A stretch of 64,000 nucleotides of DNA from Thermoanaerobaculia bacterium (GCA_035276475.1 DATELQ010000052.1:67-64066), one strand, 5' to 3'; shown: positions 33,251-43,859, counted from the first letter of the stretch. Notes: a model not told the origin generated them from the letters alone. Made by a program: numbers and translations.

Positions 33251-34018
33251 AGCGTCACCACCTCCAGATTCTCGATCTCCTGCTCGAGGAACTCCGCCGC
33301 GATCCGGCGGAAGCGATCCTCGGCATCGGTCACGAGAAACGTGTGCGGCGTGTCACCGTTCGACTGCGGCTCGACGAGCTTCTGCACCGCCTCCGCCGTC
33401 GTCTCCGCGCTGTCGACGATCTGCACGGCACCGCCGACCACCTGCTCGATCGTGGCGCGGAGGATCGGATAGTGCGTGCATCCGAGGACCAGCGTGTCGA
33501 TGCCGGCGTCGATCAGCGGCTCAAGGTAGATCTCCGCCACCTCGCGCGCCACGTGCGTGTTCGCCCATCCCTCCTCCGCCAGCGGCACGAAGAGCGGCGC
33601 CGGCGACTCCGTCACGTGCACCTCGGCATTGAGCGCGCGGATCGCCTTCGTGTACGCGCGCGACTTCACCGTCCCCTCCGTAGCGATCACGCCGACGTGG
33701 CCGCGCGTGTGCGCCACCGCCGCGCGCGCGCCCGGCTCGATCACGCCGATGACCGGGATCTCGAGCCGCTCCTTCAGCGTCGGCAGCGCCGCGGCTGTGG
33801 CGGTGTTGCAGGCGACGACGAGCATGCCGATGCCGCGGCCGAGCAGATGGTTCGCCGCTTCGAGCGAGTAGCGGACGACGGTCTGCGGCGACTTCGTCCC
33901 GTACGGCACGCGCGCGGAGTCGCCGAGGTAGATCAGCGGATGCGACGGCAGCGCGCGGGCGATCTCGCGGAAGACGGTTAACCCGCCAACGCCGGAATCG
34001 AACACGCCGATCGGAGCG

Positions 34019-35401
<1,383 letters not shown>

Positions 35402-35417
35402 TCAGTCCGCCTTGTGC

Positions 35418-35993
35418 ATGAGTCCGGCCAATCGTATCCGAGGTATCCTCGGCCGCGTGCGCTTCGACGAGGTGCTGCGGACGTTCGCCGAGTTCTTCGA
35501 GAGGGAGGGAGTGCGGTGGGCGGTGGCTGGCGGGCTGGCGATGCACGCCTGGGGCTACTCACGAACGACGAATGACATCGATTTCGTCGTTGACGGAAAC
35601 CAGCAGCAACGCGTGATCATGTTCGCCGAGTCCCTCGGCTACGAGACACTATTCGTATCAGACGGGTACTCGAATCATCAGAACCCATTGAAACATCTCG
35701 GCAAGATCGACTTTCTCTATGTGTACGGCGACACGGCGGAACAGCTGTTTGCCGCATCGACGAAACGCGCCGCGGCGAACGAAGTGACCGCGCCCGTATT
35801 GCGACCAGAGCATCTTGCGATGATGAAAGCTCTGGCCATGAAGAACAGGCCGATGCGGACCTTGATCGATGCCGCTGACGTCGCATTCCTGCTGAGTCTT
35901 CCGGAAACTGATGAAGCGGCGGTGCGGGATTACTTCGCGAAACAGGGCCTGTTGGATTTGTTCCATGCGATCGAGCGACACCGACTCCCTTGA
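35418..35993 (+). CDS. nucleotidyltransferase-fold protein (AbiEii/MNT-like)
   Basis: 'AVAGGLAMHAWGYSRTTNDIDFVV' matches the hG[GS]-x(n)-[DE]-x-D minimal nucleotidyltransferase signature. Length is 191 aa. The start is only 16 bp from the divergent regulator start, so it is uncertain. Confidence 0.45.
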   Translation: MSPANRIRGILGRVRFDEVLRTFAEFFEREGVRWAVAGGLAMHAWGYSRTTNDIDFVVDGNQQQRVIMFAESLGYETLFVSDGYSNHQNPLKHLGKIDFLYVYGDTAEQLFAASTKRAAANEVTAPVLRPEHLAMMKALAMKNRPMRTLIDAADVAFLLSLPETDEAAVRDYFAKQGLLDLFHAIERHRLP

Positions 35994-36168
35994 GCTGCCA
36001 GACTTCGAGCGCGACATGCCGCTTGACGACGCTGCCCTCGACGCGCTGGATCGCGCGCGCCAACTGCCGGCCATGACGTTTCAGGAGTATCTCGATTTCC
36101 TCAGCAGCATTTGGATCCCGGGAAGGAATGATCAGCTCCCTCCTTTCTCCGAACCGTTCACCCTGTAG
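35965..36168 (+). CDS. small hypothetical ORF downstream of the NTase gene (about 50-67 aa)
   Basis: Short ORF 'M(RSSDTDSLELPDFERD)MPLDDAALDALDRARQLPAMTFQEYLDFLSS...' either overlaps or abuts the NTase stop. There is no motif, so it is speculative. Confidence 0.25.
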   Translation: MRSSDTDSLELPDFERDMPLDDAALDALDRARQLPAMTFQEYLDFLSSIWIPGRNDQLPPFSEPFTL

Positions 36169-36180
36169 AATCCCGCGCGC

Positions 36181-37644
36181 ATGCAAGTCGCCATCTCTCG
36201 CGATCCCAAACTCTCCAAGATCGACCACCTCTTCATCGTCCTCGCCGAAAACTCGCGGCCGGATCTGCCGCTCTCGCCGAAGGCGTTGAAAAAAATCCTC
36301 GCCGACTCGGGCTTTGTCGGGCGCGGCGACGAGTTCGTCACCTCGCTCGCCGACGAGCCGAGGAAGATCACCCTCGTCGGCTGCGGCAAGGAAGAGTCGC
36401 TCTCGATCCGCGGCGCGCGCGCGGCGCTCTATCGCATCGGCAAGATCGCCAAGATGCAGCGCGACGCCTCGATCGCCGTCGTCTTCCCCTACGTCCTGCC
36501 GAAGCTCACCGCGGCCGAGACCACGCGCCTCCTCGCCGTCGAGCTCTCCCAGGCCGACTACAAGTACGACGCGTACATCACCGTCAAGAAAGACGACAAG
36601 GCGCCGAAGATCGAGGCCACGCTCGTGCCGCTCGACGGTCTCGACAGCCGCCGCTTCAAGGCCATCGAGGACGAGGCCAACGCCATCGCCGGCGGCGTGC
36701 GGCTCGTGAAGGAGCTCGGCAACGCGCCGCCGAACCTCATGACGCCGACGAAGCTCGCCCAGAGCGCCGAGCAGGCCGCGAAGGCCGTCGACATCAAGTG
36801 CACGGTCTACGGGAAAAAAGAAATCGAGAAGATGAAGATGGGCGGCCTCCTCGCCGTCAACCGCGGGTCCGCCGAGGAGCCGCGCTTCGTCGTCCTCGAG
36901 TACACGCCGAAGAAAGCGAAGGCGCACGTCGCCCTCGTCGGCAAAGGCATCACCTTCGACTCCGGCGGCATCTCCATCAAGCCCGCCGAAAAAATGGAAG
37001 AGATGAAGTTCGACATGTGCGGCGCCGCGGCGGTGATCGGCACGATCCAGGCGGCCGCCAACCTCGAGCTTCCCGTCAAGATCACCGGCGTCATCGCCAC
37101 GACCGACAACCTCCCGAGCGGCAGCGCCTACAAGCCGAGCGACATCATCACCACGATGTCGGGCAAGACTGTGGAGATCGTGAATACGGACGCCGAGGGG
37201 CGGATGATTTTGTCGGACGCGCTGCACTACGCGTCGCAGCAGAAGCCCGACCACATCATCGACTACGCCACGCTCACCGGCGCCTGCGTCGTCGCCCTCG
37301 GCAGCGAGGCCGCGGGGCTCTTCACGAACAACGATGAGCTGGCTCGGAAGTTGATTGAGAGTGGGGAGCGCGCCGGCGAGCGCCTCTGGAGAATGCCCGA
37401 GTGGGACGAATACAAGGAGCTGATCCGCAGCGAGTGGGCGGACATGAAGAACTCGGGCGGACGCTGGGGCGGCGCGATCACGGCCGCGGTCTTTCTGAAG
37501 GAGTTCGTCAATTGTCCATCGTGGGCGCATCTCGACATCGCCGGCACGGCGTACGCGGAGCACGAGACGGGGCGCGAGGCGCGCGGCGCGACGGGCGCGG
37601 GCGTGCGCGTGACCATCGCCTTCTTGGAATCGCTCTCGCGCTAG
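36181..37644 (+). CDS. pepA: leucyl aminopeptidase (M17 family)
   Basis: M17 signature 'NTDAEGRMILSDAL', metal-binding 'VGKGITFDSGG', and a 487-aa length. Confidence 0.9.
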   Translation: MQVAISRDPKLSKIDHLFIVLAENSRPDLPLSPKALKKILADSGFVGRGDEFVTSLADEPRKITLVGCGKEESLSIRGARAALYRIGKIAKMQRDASIAVVFPYVLPKLTAAETTRLLAVELSQADYKYDAYITVKKDDKAPKIEATLVPLDGLDSRRFKAIEDEANAIAGGVRLVKELGNAPPNLMTPTKLAQSAEQAAKAVDIKCTVYGKKEIEKMKMGGLLAVNRGSAEEPRFVVLEYTPKKAKAHVALVGKGITFDSGGISIKPAEKMEEMKFDMCGAAAVIGTIQAAANLELPVKITGVIATTDNLPSGSAYKPSDIITTMSGKTVEIVNTDAEGRMILSDALHYASQQKPDHIIDYATLTGACVVALGSEAAGLFTNNDELARKLIESGERAGERLWRMPEWDEYKELIRSEWADMKNSGGRWGGAITAAVFLKEFVNCPSWAHLDIAGTAYAEHETGREARGATGAGVRVTIAFLESLSR

Positions 37645-38645
37645 CGCTCGTCGCCGCGTGCGACGGCCGCCGCACGGTCGTGCGCATCACGCCGAAGCCG
37701 GCGGCGCCGGAGATCAACTACACGGCCTTCGAGTCGCCGTCGCTGCAGTTCCTGCCGCGTCAGCAGGAGGCGCCGGGGTGGAAGCTCGAGAACGACCCGA
37801 TCGTGGTGCCGAAGGAGCACGTCGTCTCGTATCTTGGCCCCGAGGGGCCGACGTTCGCGGCGTACCAGACGCTCGACGACACCGTCGGCAAATACAGCGC
37901 GACCAACGGCGGCGGCTTCGCCACCGTCGAGATCTTCCGCTTCCCCGACTTCGTCAAAGCCTTCGGCGCGTACTCGCTGCAGAAGGACGGCAACCTCCGC
38001 TTCATCGACATCCCGAACGAGTCGTTCGTGAAGCCGCACTCGGTGCACATCTGGCGCGGCCCGTTCTACGTGCGGATCATCGGCGAGGGGGCGCCCGACA
38101 GCGTGACCGCGCTGGCAAAGTTCGTCTCCGACAAGATGCCGCCCGCGCCCGGCAAGCCGGCCATCTTCGCGTTCCTCCCCGACAAGCTGCGCGTCCCGAA
38201 CAGCGAGCGCTACTCCGCGGAAAAAGGCTTCGGCCAGGGCTTCCTCGGCAATTCGTTCCAGGCGGAGTTCAACGTCGACGGCGACATCGTCAACGGGCTG
38301 GTGATCCCCGCGGTGAGCAAGCAGGCCGCCGGACAGATCCTGGTGACGTACAGGAATCTCTACACGCGCAACGGCAAGCTGCTCGACCCGATCCCGAACC
38401 TCGGCGAGGACAATTTCACGGCCGAGGACCGTTACCTCGGGCGCGTGGTGGCGTTCCGCATCGACCGCTTCCTCGTCGCGTTCAACGGATTCAAGGAGCG
38501 CCAGCACCTCATCGACCTGGCCACGCAGGCCGACCAGAAGATCCTCGGCACGATCCGCAAGCAGCTCGTCACCGCGGAGAACGACGAGGAGAAGCCGAAC
38601 ACGACGACGGTGCCGGCGTGGATGCAGCAGCAGCGGCGGCGCTAA
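37620..38645 (+). CDS. hypothetical lipoprotein (lipobox LALVAAC), start codon unclear
   Basis: The reading frame yields '...LLGIALALALVAACDGRR...', a classic lipobox, followed by about 320 aa with no recognised domain. There is no in-frame ATG, GTG or TTG between 37560 and the lipobox. The only upstream Met would overlap pepA by about 240 bp. Confidence 0.4.
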   Translation, partial: LLGIALALALVAACDGRRTVVRITPKPAAPEINYTAFESPSLQFLPRQQEAPGWKLENDPIVVPKEHVVSYLGPEGPTFAAYQTLDDTVGKYSATNGGGFATVEIFRFPDFVKAFGAYSLQKDGNLRFIDIPNESFVKPHSVHIWRGPFYVRIIGEGAPDSVTALAKFVSDKMPPAPGKPAIFAFLPDKLRVPNSERYSAEKGFGQGFLGNSFQAEFNVDGDIVNGLVIPAVSKQAAGQILVTYRNLYTRNGKLLDPIPNLGEDNFTAEDRYLGRVVAFRIDRFLVAFNGFKERQHLIDLATQADQKILGTIRKQLVTAENDEEKPNTTTVPAWMQQQRRR

Positions 38646-40051
38646 GGCACGATCAAGTCCGTGCGCGCGAAGCCGAGCATTCCGCCGGCGTTCATCAGCA
38701 CTTTGACCACGTAGCGCCCCGGCGGAAGTTTCAGTTGCTCCTGCAACGCATCGCGGACGCGCGCAGCCTTCGAGAAGACGGTCGCGCCCTGTTCGTCCAC
38801 GACGTACAGGTAGGCATCGACGACCGATGCCTCGGCCGGGTTGAACGCAGCGGTAATCGTCCCGCGCGGCGTGGCGTCCAACGTCACTGACAGCCCGTTC
38901 TGCGGGATGTCGTTGGCGATGATGTCGGCGAGTTGCAGCGCGTCGAGCGGCCCTTCCGCCGCGGCCTTCCCGTAGCCGGTGCGATAGCTGACGCGCGCGC
39001 CGCGCGGCGCACCGCCGACGCGCACCTCGATCGTCCCGGCGCGATTGTCGCGGCGCATGAAGCCGAGCCGGTAGACGCTCTGCTGCAGCGACGTTAATCG
39101 TGTCAGTGCGCGGCCGACGTCGTTCTCGCCGCTGATGAGCGTACCGCCGGTGGCCGACGTCAACTGCCGCAGCGGCTCGGAGGAGTTGAGCGGGCGGACG
39201 CCGAATGTGTCGACGGCGTCGAGGAACACACCCGCGTCGGCGAAGGCGCGGTAGATCTGCGCGATGTCCGTCCGGAATCGCGACTGCTGTACGAATTCGC
39301 CGAAGAGGTAGGGCCCGAAGCCGGCGCTCAGCAGCACCACATGCTTCTGTCCTTCGAGCGCACGCATGCGCTCCGCGGCGGCGGCGAGACCGTCCAACTG
39401 ATGCTCCGCGAAGTGCCGCCGCGGCTCCGCCAGCGAGTCCTTGTTCGCGTCGCCGCCGAGGAGCGTGTTCCGGATGTCGGCGCTGCGGTTCCCCGTTTCC
39501 TGCACCTGACTGTAGTTGTCGGTCATCACCAACGCGCGCTCGGCCTGCTTCGTGGCGATGCCTAAGGCGTCGTGCGCGTCGCTCGGAGCGAGCGTGGCCA
39601 CGGCGCGGCGCACGGCCACGCGGTCGGTGAGGAACGGGATCACGAACTGGATGCCGTCGCGTGCCGTGTACGTGGCGACGGCGAAGGCGTCGGTATCGGG
39701 ATTCGCGCGCGCCACGAGAGCGTCGGCGGCGTGTTGGGCTCGCACGAGGTCGTTCGGCCGCGTGAAGAAGAGATCGAAGAGGAGGAGGTAGAGGCGACGC
39801 TGGTGGAGCTGCGGGGCTGCCGCGCCTCGAGGCTGCGGAGTCTCGCCGCCGATCTCCTCGAAATACTCGATCTCCCGCGGCTTCCCGTCGACGCGCAGCG
39901 AGAACGCCTCCTTCGGCAGCCCGCGCACCGGCGTTCCGTCCGCCGCGGTGACGTAGACCGGCACCTCGATGAGCTCGACGGTGACACTCTCGCGCGTCTG
40001 CGCGAGCGCGGCCGATGCTGCGAACAGAAGCAGGGCGACGGCGCTCTTCAT
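38642..40051 (-). CDS. VWFA-related Acidobacterial-domain secreted protein (TIGR03436-like), paralog 1
   Basis: It has a signal peptide, then 'VTVELIEVPVYVTAADGTPVRGLPKEAFSLRVDGKPREIEYFEE', the characteristic N-terminal block of this family. A VWA-like middle region follows. Confidence 0.65.
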   Translation of the reverse strand: MKSAVALLLFAASAALAQTRESVTVELIEVPVYVTAADGTPVRGLPKEAFSLRVDGKPREIEYFEEIGGETPQPRGAAAPQLHQRRLYLLLFDLFFTRPNDLVRAQHAADALVARANPDTDAFAVATYTARDGIQFVIPFLTDRVAVRRAVATLAPSDAHDALGIATKQAERALVMTDNYSQVQETGNRSADIRNTLLGGDANKDSLAEPRRHFAEHQLDGLAAAAERMRALEGQKHVVLLSAGFGPYLFGEFVQQSRFRTDIAQIYRAFADAGVFLDAVDTFGVRPLNSSEPLRQLTSATGGTLISGENDVGRALTRLTSLQQSVYRLGFMRRDNRAGTIEVRVGGAPRGARVSYRTGYGKAAAEGPLDALQLADIIANDIPQNGLSVTLDATPRGTITAAFNPAEASVVDAYLYVVDEQGATVFSKAARVRDALQEQLKLPPGRYVVKVLMNAGGMLGFARTDLIVP

Positions 40052-41559
40052 CGCGCGACAGTGAAGTCCGTTCTCGCGAATCCCATCGACTCTCCGAGCC
40101 GCACCAGCACTTTCGCGGTGTAGTTGCCGGGCGGCAGGTCGAACGTCTCGTCGAAGCGGATGGCCGCGTCGCGCGGGGCAGCCGAGGCACGCTCGCTCTC
40201 GATGTCGATGCGCTTCACCTTCGTGGCCACGGCGCGCGCGCCGGAGAAGACGTAGATCATCGCGTCGGCGCGCGCAGTCTTCGTGTCGATCTGCGCGAGC
40301 AGCTCGCGCGCAGGGATCGATACCGACACGGTGCTCCCCTTCGCCGAGGCGTTGACGGTCACGCCGTTCTGCGGGATGTCGTTGAGCAGGATGTCGGCGA
40401 GCTGCAAGCCGTTCTCCGCCGACGCGGCCGGCGGCTCCGTAGAGTACGACGGCCGATAGCTGACGCGCGGATGCCCGTCCACGCCGTGCAGGCGCACCTT
40501 GATCGCGTTCTCGCCGCGCCCGGTGTCGCGGTTGTGAAAGCCGAGGACGTAGACGACGCGCTGGCGATCGCTCAGCACCTGCAGCGCCTCGTACAGATTG
40601 TTGCGGTTGTCGACGACCGTGCCGCCGGTGTCGCGCGTCAGCGCGTAAAGCGACTCGTTCTCCGCGAGCGTCCAGGTGTATCGCAGTCCGGCGGTGTCGA
40701 TGGCGTCGAGAAACACGCCGGCATCCGCGTACTGACGAATCATCTTGCGCGAGGCGATCAATCCTGGCGTGTTCGCGGCGAAGAGCTGCGGATTCCCCGC
40801 GGTCGGAGAGGCCTGGCTGAGCGGCCCGACGCGAATCGACGAGACGCCGTGCAACAGCGCGGCCGAGTAGCCCTCGGAGAGGAGAACGACGTGTTTCTGC
40901 CCCTCAATCGGCGCGAGGCGTTCGGCCAGCAGCCCGAGCGCCTCCATCTGTCCCTCGGCCGTGTTGCGCTGGCGGTCGAGGATCAGCTCCTCGGCGACGC
41001 GTGTCTGCGCTGCCGCGGGAAGCTCGCCGCGGTCGAACGCCGCCTCGATCGGCTGAATCTCCGCGGGCCCGGCCGCGAGCCGCAGCGGATCGGCGTTCGC
41101 GGCCGGCCGCAGCGAGGCGATGGCCCGCGCGATGGCGATGCGGTCCTTCGTGAACGGCACGAGCACGTCGAGGCCGCGGTGCGACGAGTACGTCGCCACG
41201 GAAAAGACGTCGGCGTAGCCGGCGTGTTGCACGAGCTCCTGCGCCGCGCGCTGGGCGCGGTGGATGCTGTTCGGCGCGGAGTAGAAGAGGTCGAAGACGA
41301 GGACGTAGAGCCGGCGCTCGCGCGGATCGACGCGCGTGTCCTTCGGCGCGATTTTGCCGAAGTCGATGACGTCGAAGTAGTCGATCGTCTGCGGCTTGCC
41401 ATTGACGGTGAGCTCGAAGTTGTCGCGAGACAGCCCGGTGACGACGCCCAGCGCCGTGGAGACGTAGACCGGCACCTGGACGACTTCGACGTTCTGGACT
41501 TCACGGTGGGCGGCAAGCGCAGGGAGGGCGACGAGGAGCAGGGCGAGAACACGACGCAT
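40048..41559 (-). CDS. VWFA-related Acidobacterial-domain secreted protein, paralog 2
   Basis: The start is taken at MRRVLALLLVALPALAA. 'VEVVQVPVYVSTALGVVTGLSRDNFELTVNGKPQTIDYFD' parallels paralog 1. There is a 4-bp overlap with paralog 1. Confidence 0.65.
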   Translation of the reverse strand: MRRVLALLLVALPALAAHREVQNVEVVQVPVYVSTALGVVTGLSRDNFELTVNGKPQTIDYFDVIDFGKIAPKDTRVDPRERRLYVLVFDLFYSAPNSIHRAQRAAQELVQHAGYADVFSVATYSSHRGLDVLVPFTKDRIAIARAIASLRPAANADPLRLAAGPAEIQPIEAAFDRGELPAAAQTRVAEELILDRQRNTAEGQMEALGLLAERLAPIEGQKHVVLLSEGYSAALLHGVSSIRVGPLSQASPTAGNPQLFAANTPGLIASRKMIRQYADAGVFLDAIDTAGLRYTWTLAENESLYALTRDTGGTVVDNRNNLYEALQVLSDRQRVVYVLGFHNRDTGRGENAIKVRLHGVDGHPRVSYRPSYSTEPPAASAENGLQLADILLNDIPQNGVTVNASAKGSTVSVSIPARELLAQIDTKTARADAMIYVFSGARAVATKVKRIDIESERASAAPRDAAIRFDETFDLPPGNYTAKVLVRLGESMGFARTDFTVAR

Positions 41560-41666
41560 TGAGCTGTCTCCTTGCGCGCGAGCCGATGCGGCGGGCGTGC
41601 CCGAGATTTCGGGTTGTTTCGCGCGTTTTCTGTCATCGCGCGCGGTCACTGCGACCTACGCGGGCG

Positions 41667-42143
41667 TCACCGCTCCCACAGTCCGCTCTTGCCGCCGGAC
41701 TTGCGCACGAGCTGCAGGGACTCGATCGAGATCCCCTTCTCTGCGCTCTTGCACATGTCGTAGATCGTCAGCGCCGCGACGGCGCAGGCGGTCATCGCCT
41801 CCATCTCCACGCCGGTCTTGCCGTCGCAACGGACGATGGCGTGGACTTCGACGGTGCCGGCGGCGGGATCGAGGTCGAAGGTGATGTCGACGGAGGTGAC
41901 GGCAATGGGGTGAGCGAGCGGGATGAGCGTCGGCGTCTGCTTCGCGGCCAGGACGCCGGCGACTTTGGCGGTGGCGAGGACGTCGCCCTTCGGCAGGGCG
42001 CGATCGATGAGGCGTTTGAGCGTCTCCGGCTTCATGCGCACGGTGGCGGTGGCGACGGCCTCGCGCCGCGTGGTGTGCTTGGAGCCGACGTCGACCATGG
42101 AGATGCCGCCGGTGTCGTCGAGATGGGAAAAGTCGTTGCTCAT
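41667..42143 (-). CDS. moaC: cyclic pyranopterin monophosphate synthase
   Basis: 'SHLDDTGGISMVDVGSK...TATVRM...GDVLATAKVAGVLAAKQTPTLIPLAHP...VEMEAMTACAVAALTIYDMCKS' is canonical MoaC. Length is 158 aa. Confidence 0.9.
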   Translation of the reverse strand: MSNDFSHLDDTGGISMVDVGSKHTTRREAVATATVRMKPETLKRLIDRALPKGDVLATAKVAGVLAAKQTPTLIPLAHPIAVTSVDITFDLDPAAGTVEVHAIVRCDGKTGVEMEAMTACAVAALTIYDMCKSAEKGISIESLQLVRKSGGKSGLWER

Positions 42144-42706
42144 GCGTACCTCATCGCGCTTTCCAATTCCTCGGGTGTGTTCACGTTGAGCAGCGGCTCG
42201 CCGCCGAAGCGGGAGCGCAGTTCGTCTTCTTCGATGATCTCCGCGCCGCGCGCCAGTCCGTGCAGGTCATATTGCTTGCTCGCAATTCGCTCCGTCACGA
42301 TCGCCTCGACGTCGAAGGCGTAGCCGGCGCAGAGCATCTGCAGTTTGCCGCTCCAGCGCGGCACGATGATTGTCGAGTTCGACACTTCCACGCGCATGCG
42401 CAGAAAGCGCAAGACGTCCGCGTCGATGAGCGGGTAGTCGACGGCCAGCAGGAAGCACGTCGCTTTCGCATGCCTCAGCGCGGCCAGGAGGCCGAAGATC
42501 GCCGCCTCGTCGTCGTGCGGCGCTTCTTCGATCGTTTCGATGTCGAGCTTCGCGCCGCCGGGCCGTTGCACGGCGATGACTCGATCGAACACTGCGCGCG
42601 CGGCGCTCGCGGCGCGATCGAGGAACGTCGCGCCGCCGAGCTCGATCTCGAGCTTGGAGCGTCCCATGCGCGACGAGCGTCCGCCCGCGAGGAGGTAGCA
42701 GTTCAC
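42140..42706 (-). CDS. mobA: molybdenum cofactor guanylyltransferase
   Basis: GTG start gives 'VNCYLLAGGRSSRMGRSKLE', which is the MobA L-A-G-G-x-S-x-R-M-G motif. There is a 4-bp overlap with moaC. The ORF track fuses it into a 392-aa artefact. Confidence 0.7.
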   Translation of the reverse strand: MNCYLLAGGRSSRMGRSKLEIELGGATFLDRAASAARAVFDRVIAVQRPGGAKLDIETIEEAPHDDEAAIFGLLAALRHAKATCFLLAVDYPLIDADVLRFLRMRVEVSNSTIIVPRWSGKLQMLCAGYAFDVEAIVTERIASKQYDLHGLARGAEIIEEDELRSRFGGEPLLNVNTPEELESAMRYA

Positions 42707-42724
42707 AACGCGTATCGTACTGCC

Positions 42725-43363
42725 ATGCTCACCGTTGTGATTCCGGCGCTGAACGAGGAGGAGCGCGTCGCCGCCGCCGTCCGCTCCGCGTTCGAGGCCG
42801 GAGCGTCCGAGGTGATCGTGGTCGATGGCGGGTCGAGCGACGCGACAGTCGAGCGCGCGCGCGACGCCGGCGCCCGCGTGCTCCTCGGCGAGCGGATGCG
42901 CGCGAAGCAGCTCAACCTCGGCGCACGTGCCGCTGCGAACGACACGATCATTTTTCTGCACGCTGATACGCTCCTGCCGAATGGCGCGTGCGCGGCGGTT
43001 CTGGCGTCGGGCGCGCCCTTCGGCGGCTTTCGCATCGCCTTCGCCGAGCGCTCGCTGCGCCTCCGCTACGTCGCGTTCATGATCAACCTGCGGACGCGGA
43101 TCACGCGGCAGCCGTGGGGCGATCAGGCACAGTTCGTCGACCGCCGCGCCTTCCCCGGCTTCCGCGAGATCCCGATCATGGAGGACTACGACCTCGCGCG
43201 ACGGATGAAGCGCGGCGTCATCCTGCCGCTGACCGTCATCACCTCCGGCCGCCGCTTTCTGCAGAAAGGCGTGGTCCGAACGTCGTTCATCAACTGGACG
43301 ACGATCCTCCGCTACCACCTCGGCGCTGACGTCGACGCACTCGCCCGCCGCTATCGCAAGTAA
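42725..43363 (+). CDS. family 2 glycosyltransferase-like protein
   Basis: 'MLTVVIPALNEEERVAAAVRS...VIVVDGGSSDATVERA' is a GT-A/GT2 N-terminal fold with a DxD-like 'LHADTLL'. Length is 212 aa. It is divergent from mobA. Confidence 0.65.
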   Translation: MLTVVIPALNEEERVAAAVRSAFEAGASEVIVVDGGSSDATVERARDAGARVLLGERMRAKQLNLGARAAANDTIIFLHADTLLPNGACAAVLASGAPFGGFRIAFAERSLRLRYVAFMINLRTRITRQPWGDQAQFVDRRAFPGFREIPIMEDYDLARRMKRGVILPLTVITSGRRFLQKGVVRTSFINWTTILRYHLGADVDALARRYRK

Positions 43364-43806
43364 TTGAGGATCGCGCTGATCTCGAATCCCTGCCGCTGCA
43401 GCCGCGCCGCGATCTTGTCGCGGTCGGCGCCGAAGCGGTGGGAGAGCTTCTCGTACGCGGCGCGCAGCCGCTCCTCTTCGCCGTCGCCGTGCTCGCGAAT
43501 GGCCCGCTCCGCCGCGTCGTCCGAAACGCCGGCGTTGCGCAGCTCGCCGCGGATGCGCAGCCGTCCGATACCCTTCCGCACGCGCGTCCGCACATACGCC
43601 CCGGCGAAGCGGTCGTCATCGAGCCACTTCTCCTCGCGCAGCCGCGCCAGCGTCGCCGCGACCGTCGCGTCATCGAACTTCTTCGCCGCCAACTTCCGGC
43701 GCAGCTCCGCCTCGGAATTGAAGCGGTAGTTCAGGATGCGGAGGGCCACCGCGTAGCAAGTAGATGGGGTCAGGTCTTCACTTTTCACTTTCTTATTTGT
43801 AGCCAT
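43351..43806 (-). CDS. recX: RecA regulator RecX
   Basis: 'YAVALRILNYRFNSEAELRRKLAAKKF...' and the three-helix repeat organisation are typical of RecX. The ATG at 43806 lies in the loop of a 32-bp perfect inverted repeat. Confidence 0.7.
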   Translation of the reverse strand: MATNKKVKSEDLTPSTCYAVALRILNYRFNSEAELRRKLAAKKFDDATVAATLARLREEKWLDDDRFAGAYVRTRVRKGIGRLRIRGELRNAGVSDDAAERAIREHGDGEEERLRAAYEKLSHRFGADRDKIAARLQRQGFEISAILNYLR

Positions 43807-43856
43807 GCCGTGCGAGTTACTCCGAATAAGAAAGTGAAAAGTGAAGACCTGACCCC
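43766..43856. repeat. perfect 32-bp inverted repeat (arms 43766-43797 and 43825-43856, 27-nt loop) enclosing the recX start codon
   Basis: The left arm is 'ggggtcaggtcttcacttttcactttcttatt'. The right arm is 'aataagaaagtgaaaagtgaagacctgacccc', its exact reverse complement. The loop 'tgtagccatgccgtgcgagttactccg' contains the recX ATG (complement) and a GGAG. The right arm ends 4 nt before the pilT stop. Confidence 0.85.
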
Positions 43857-43859
43857 AAT

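Noticed and set aside
37641-40190. 849-aa minus-strand ORF spanning the lipoprotein gene (antisense) and VWFA paralog region in another frame
   Set aside because: It merges across independently supported genes and is Arg/Ala-rich with no domain.
42140-43318. 392-aa minus-strand ORF fusing mobA with upstream sequence
   Set aside because: The N-terminal 200 codons are antisense to the GT2-like gene and compositionally biased. A GTG start producing the canonical MobA LAGGxSxRMG N-terminus sits at 42706.
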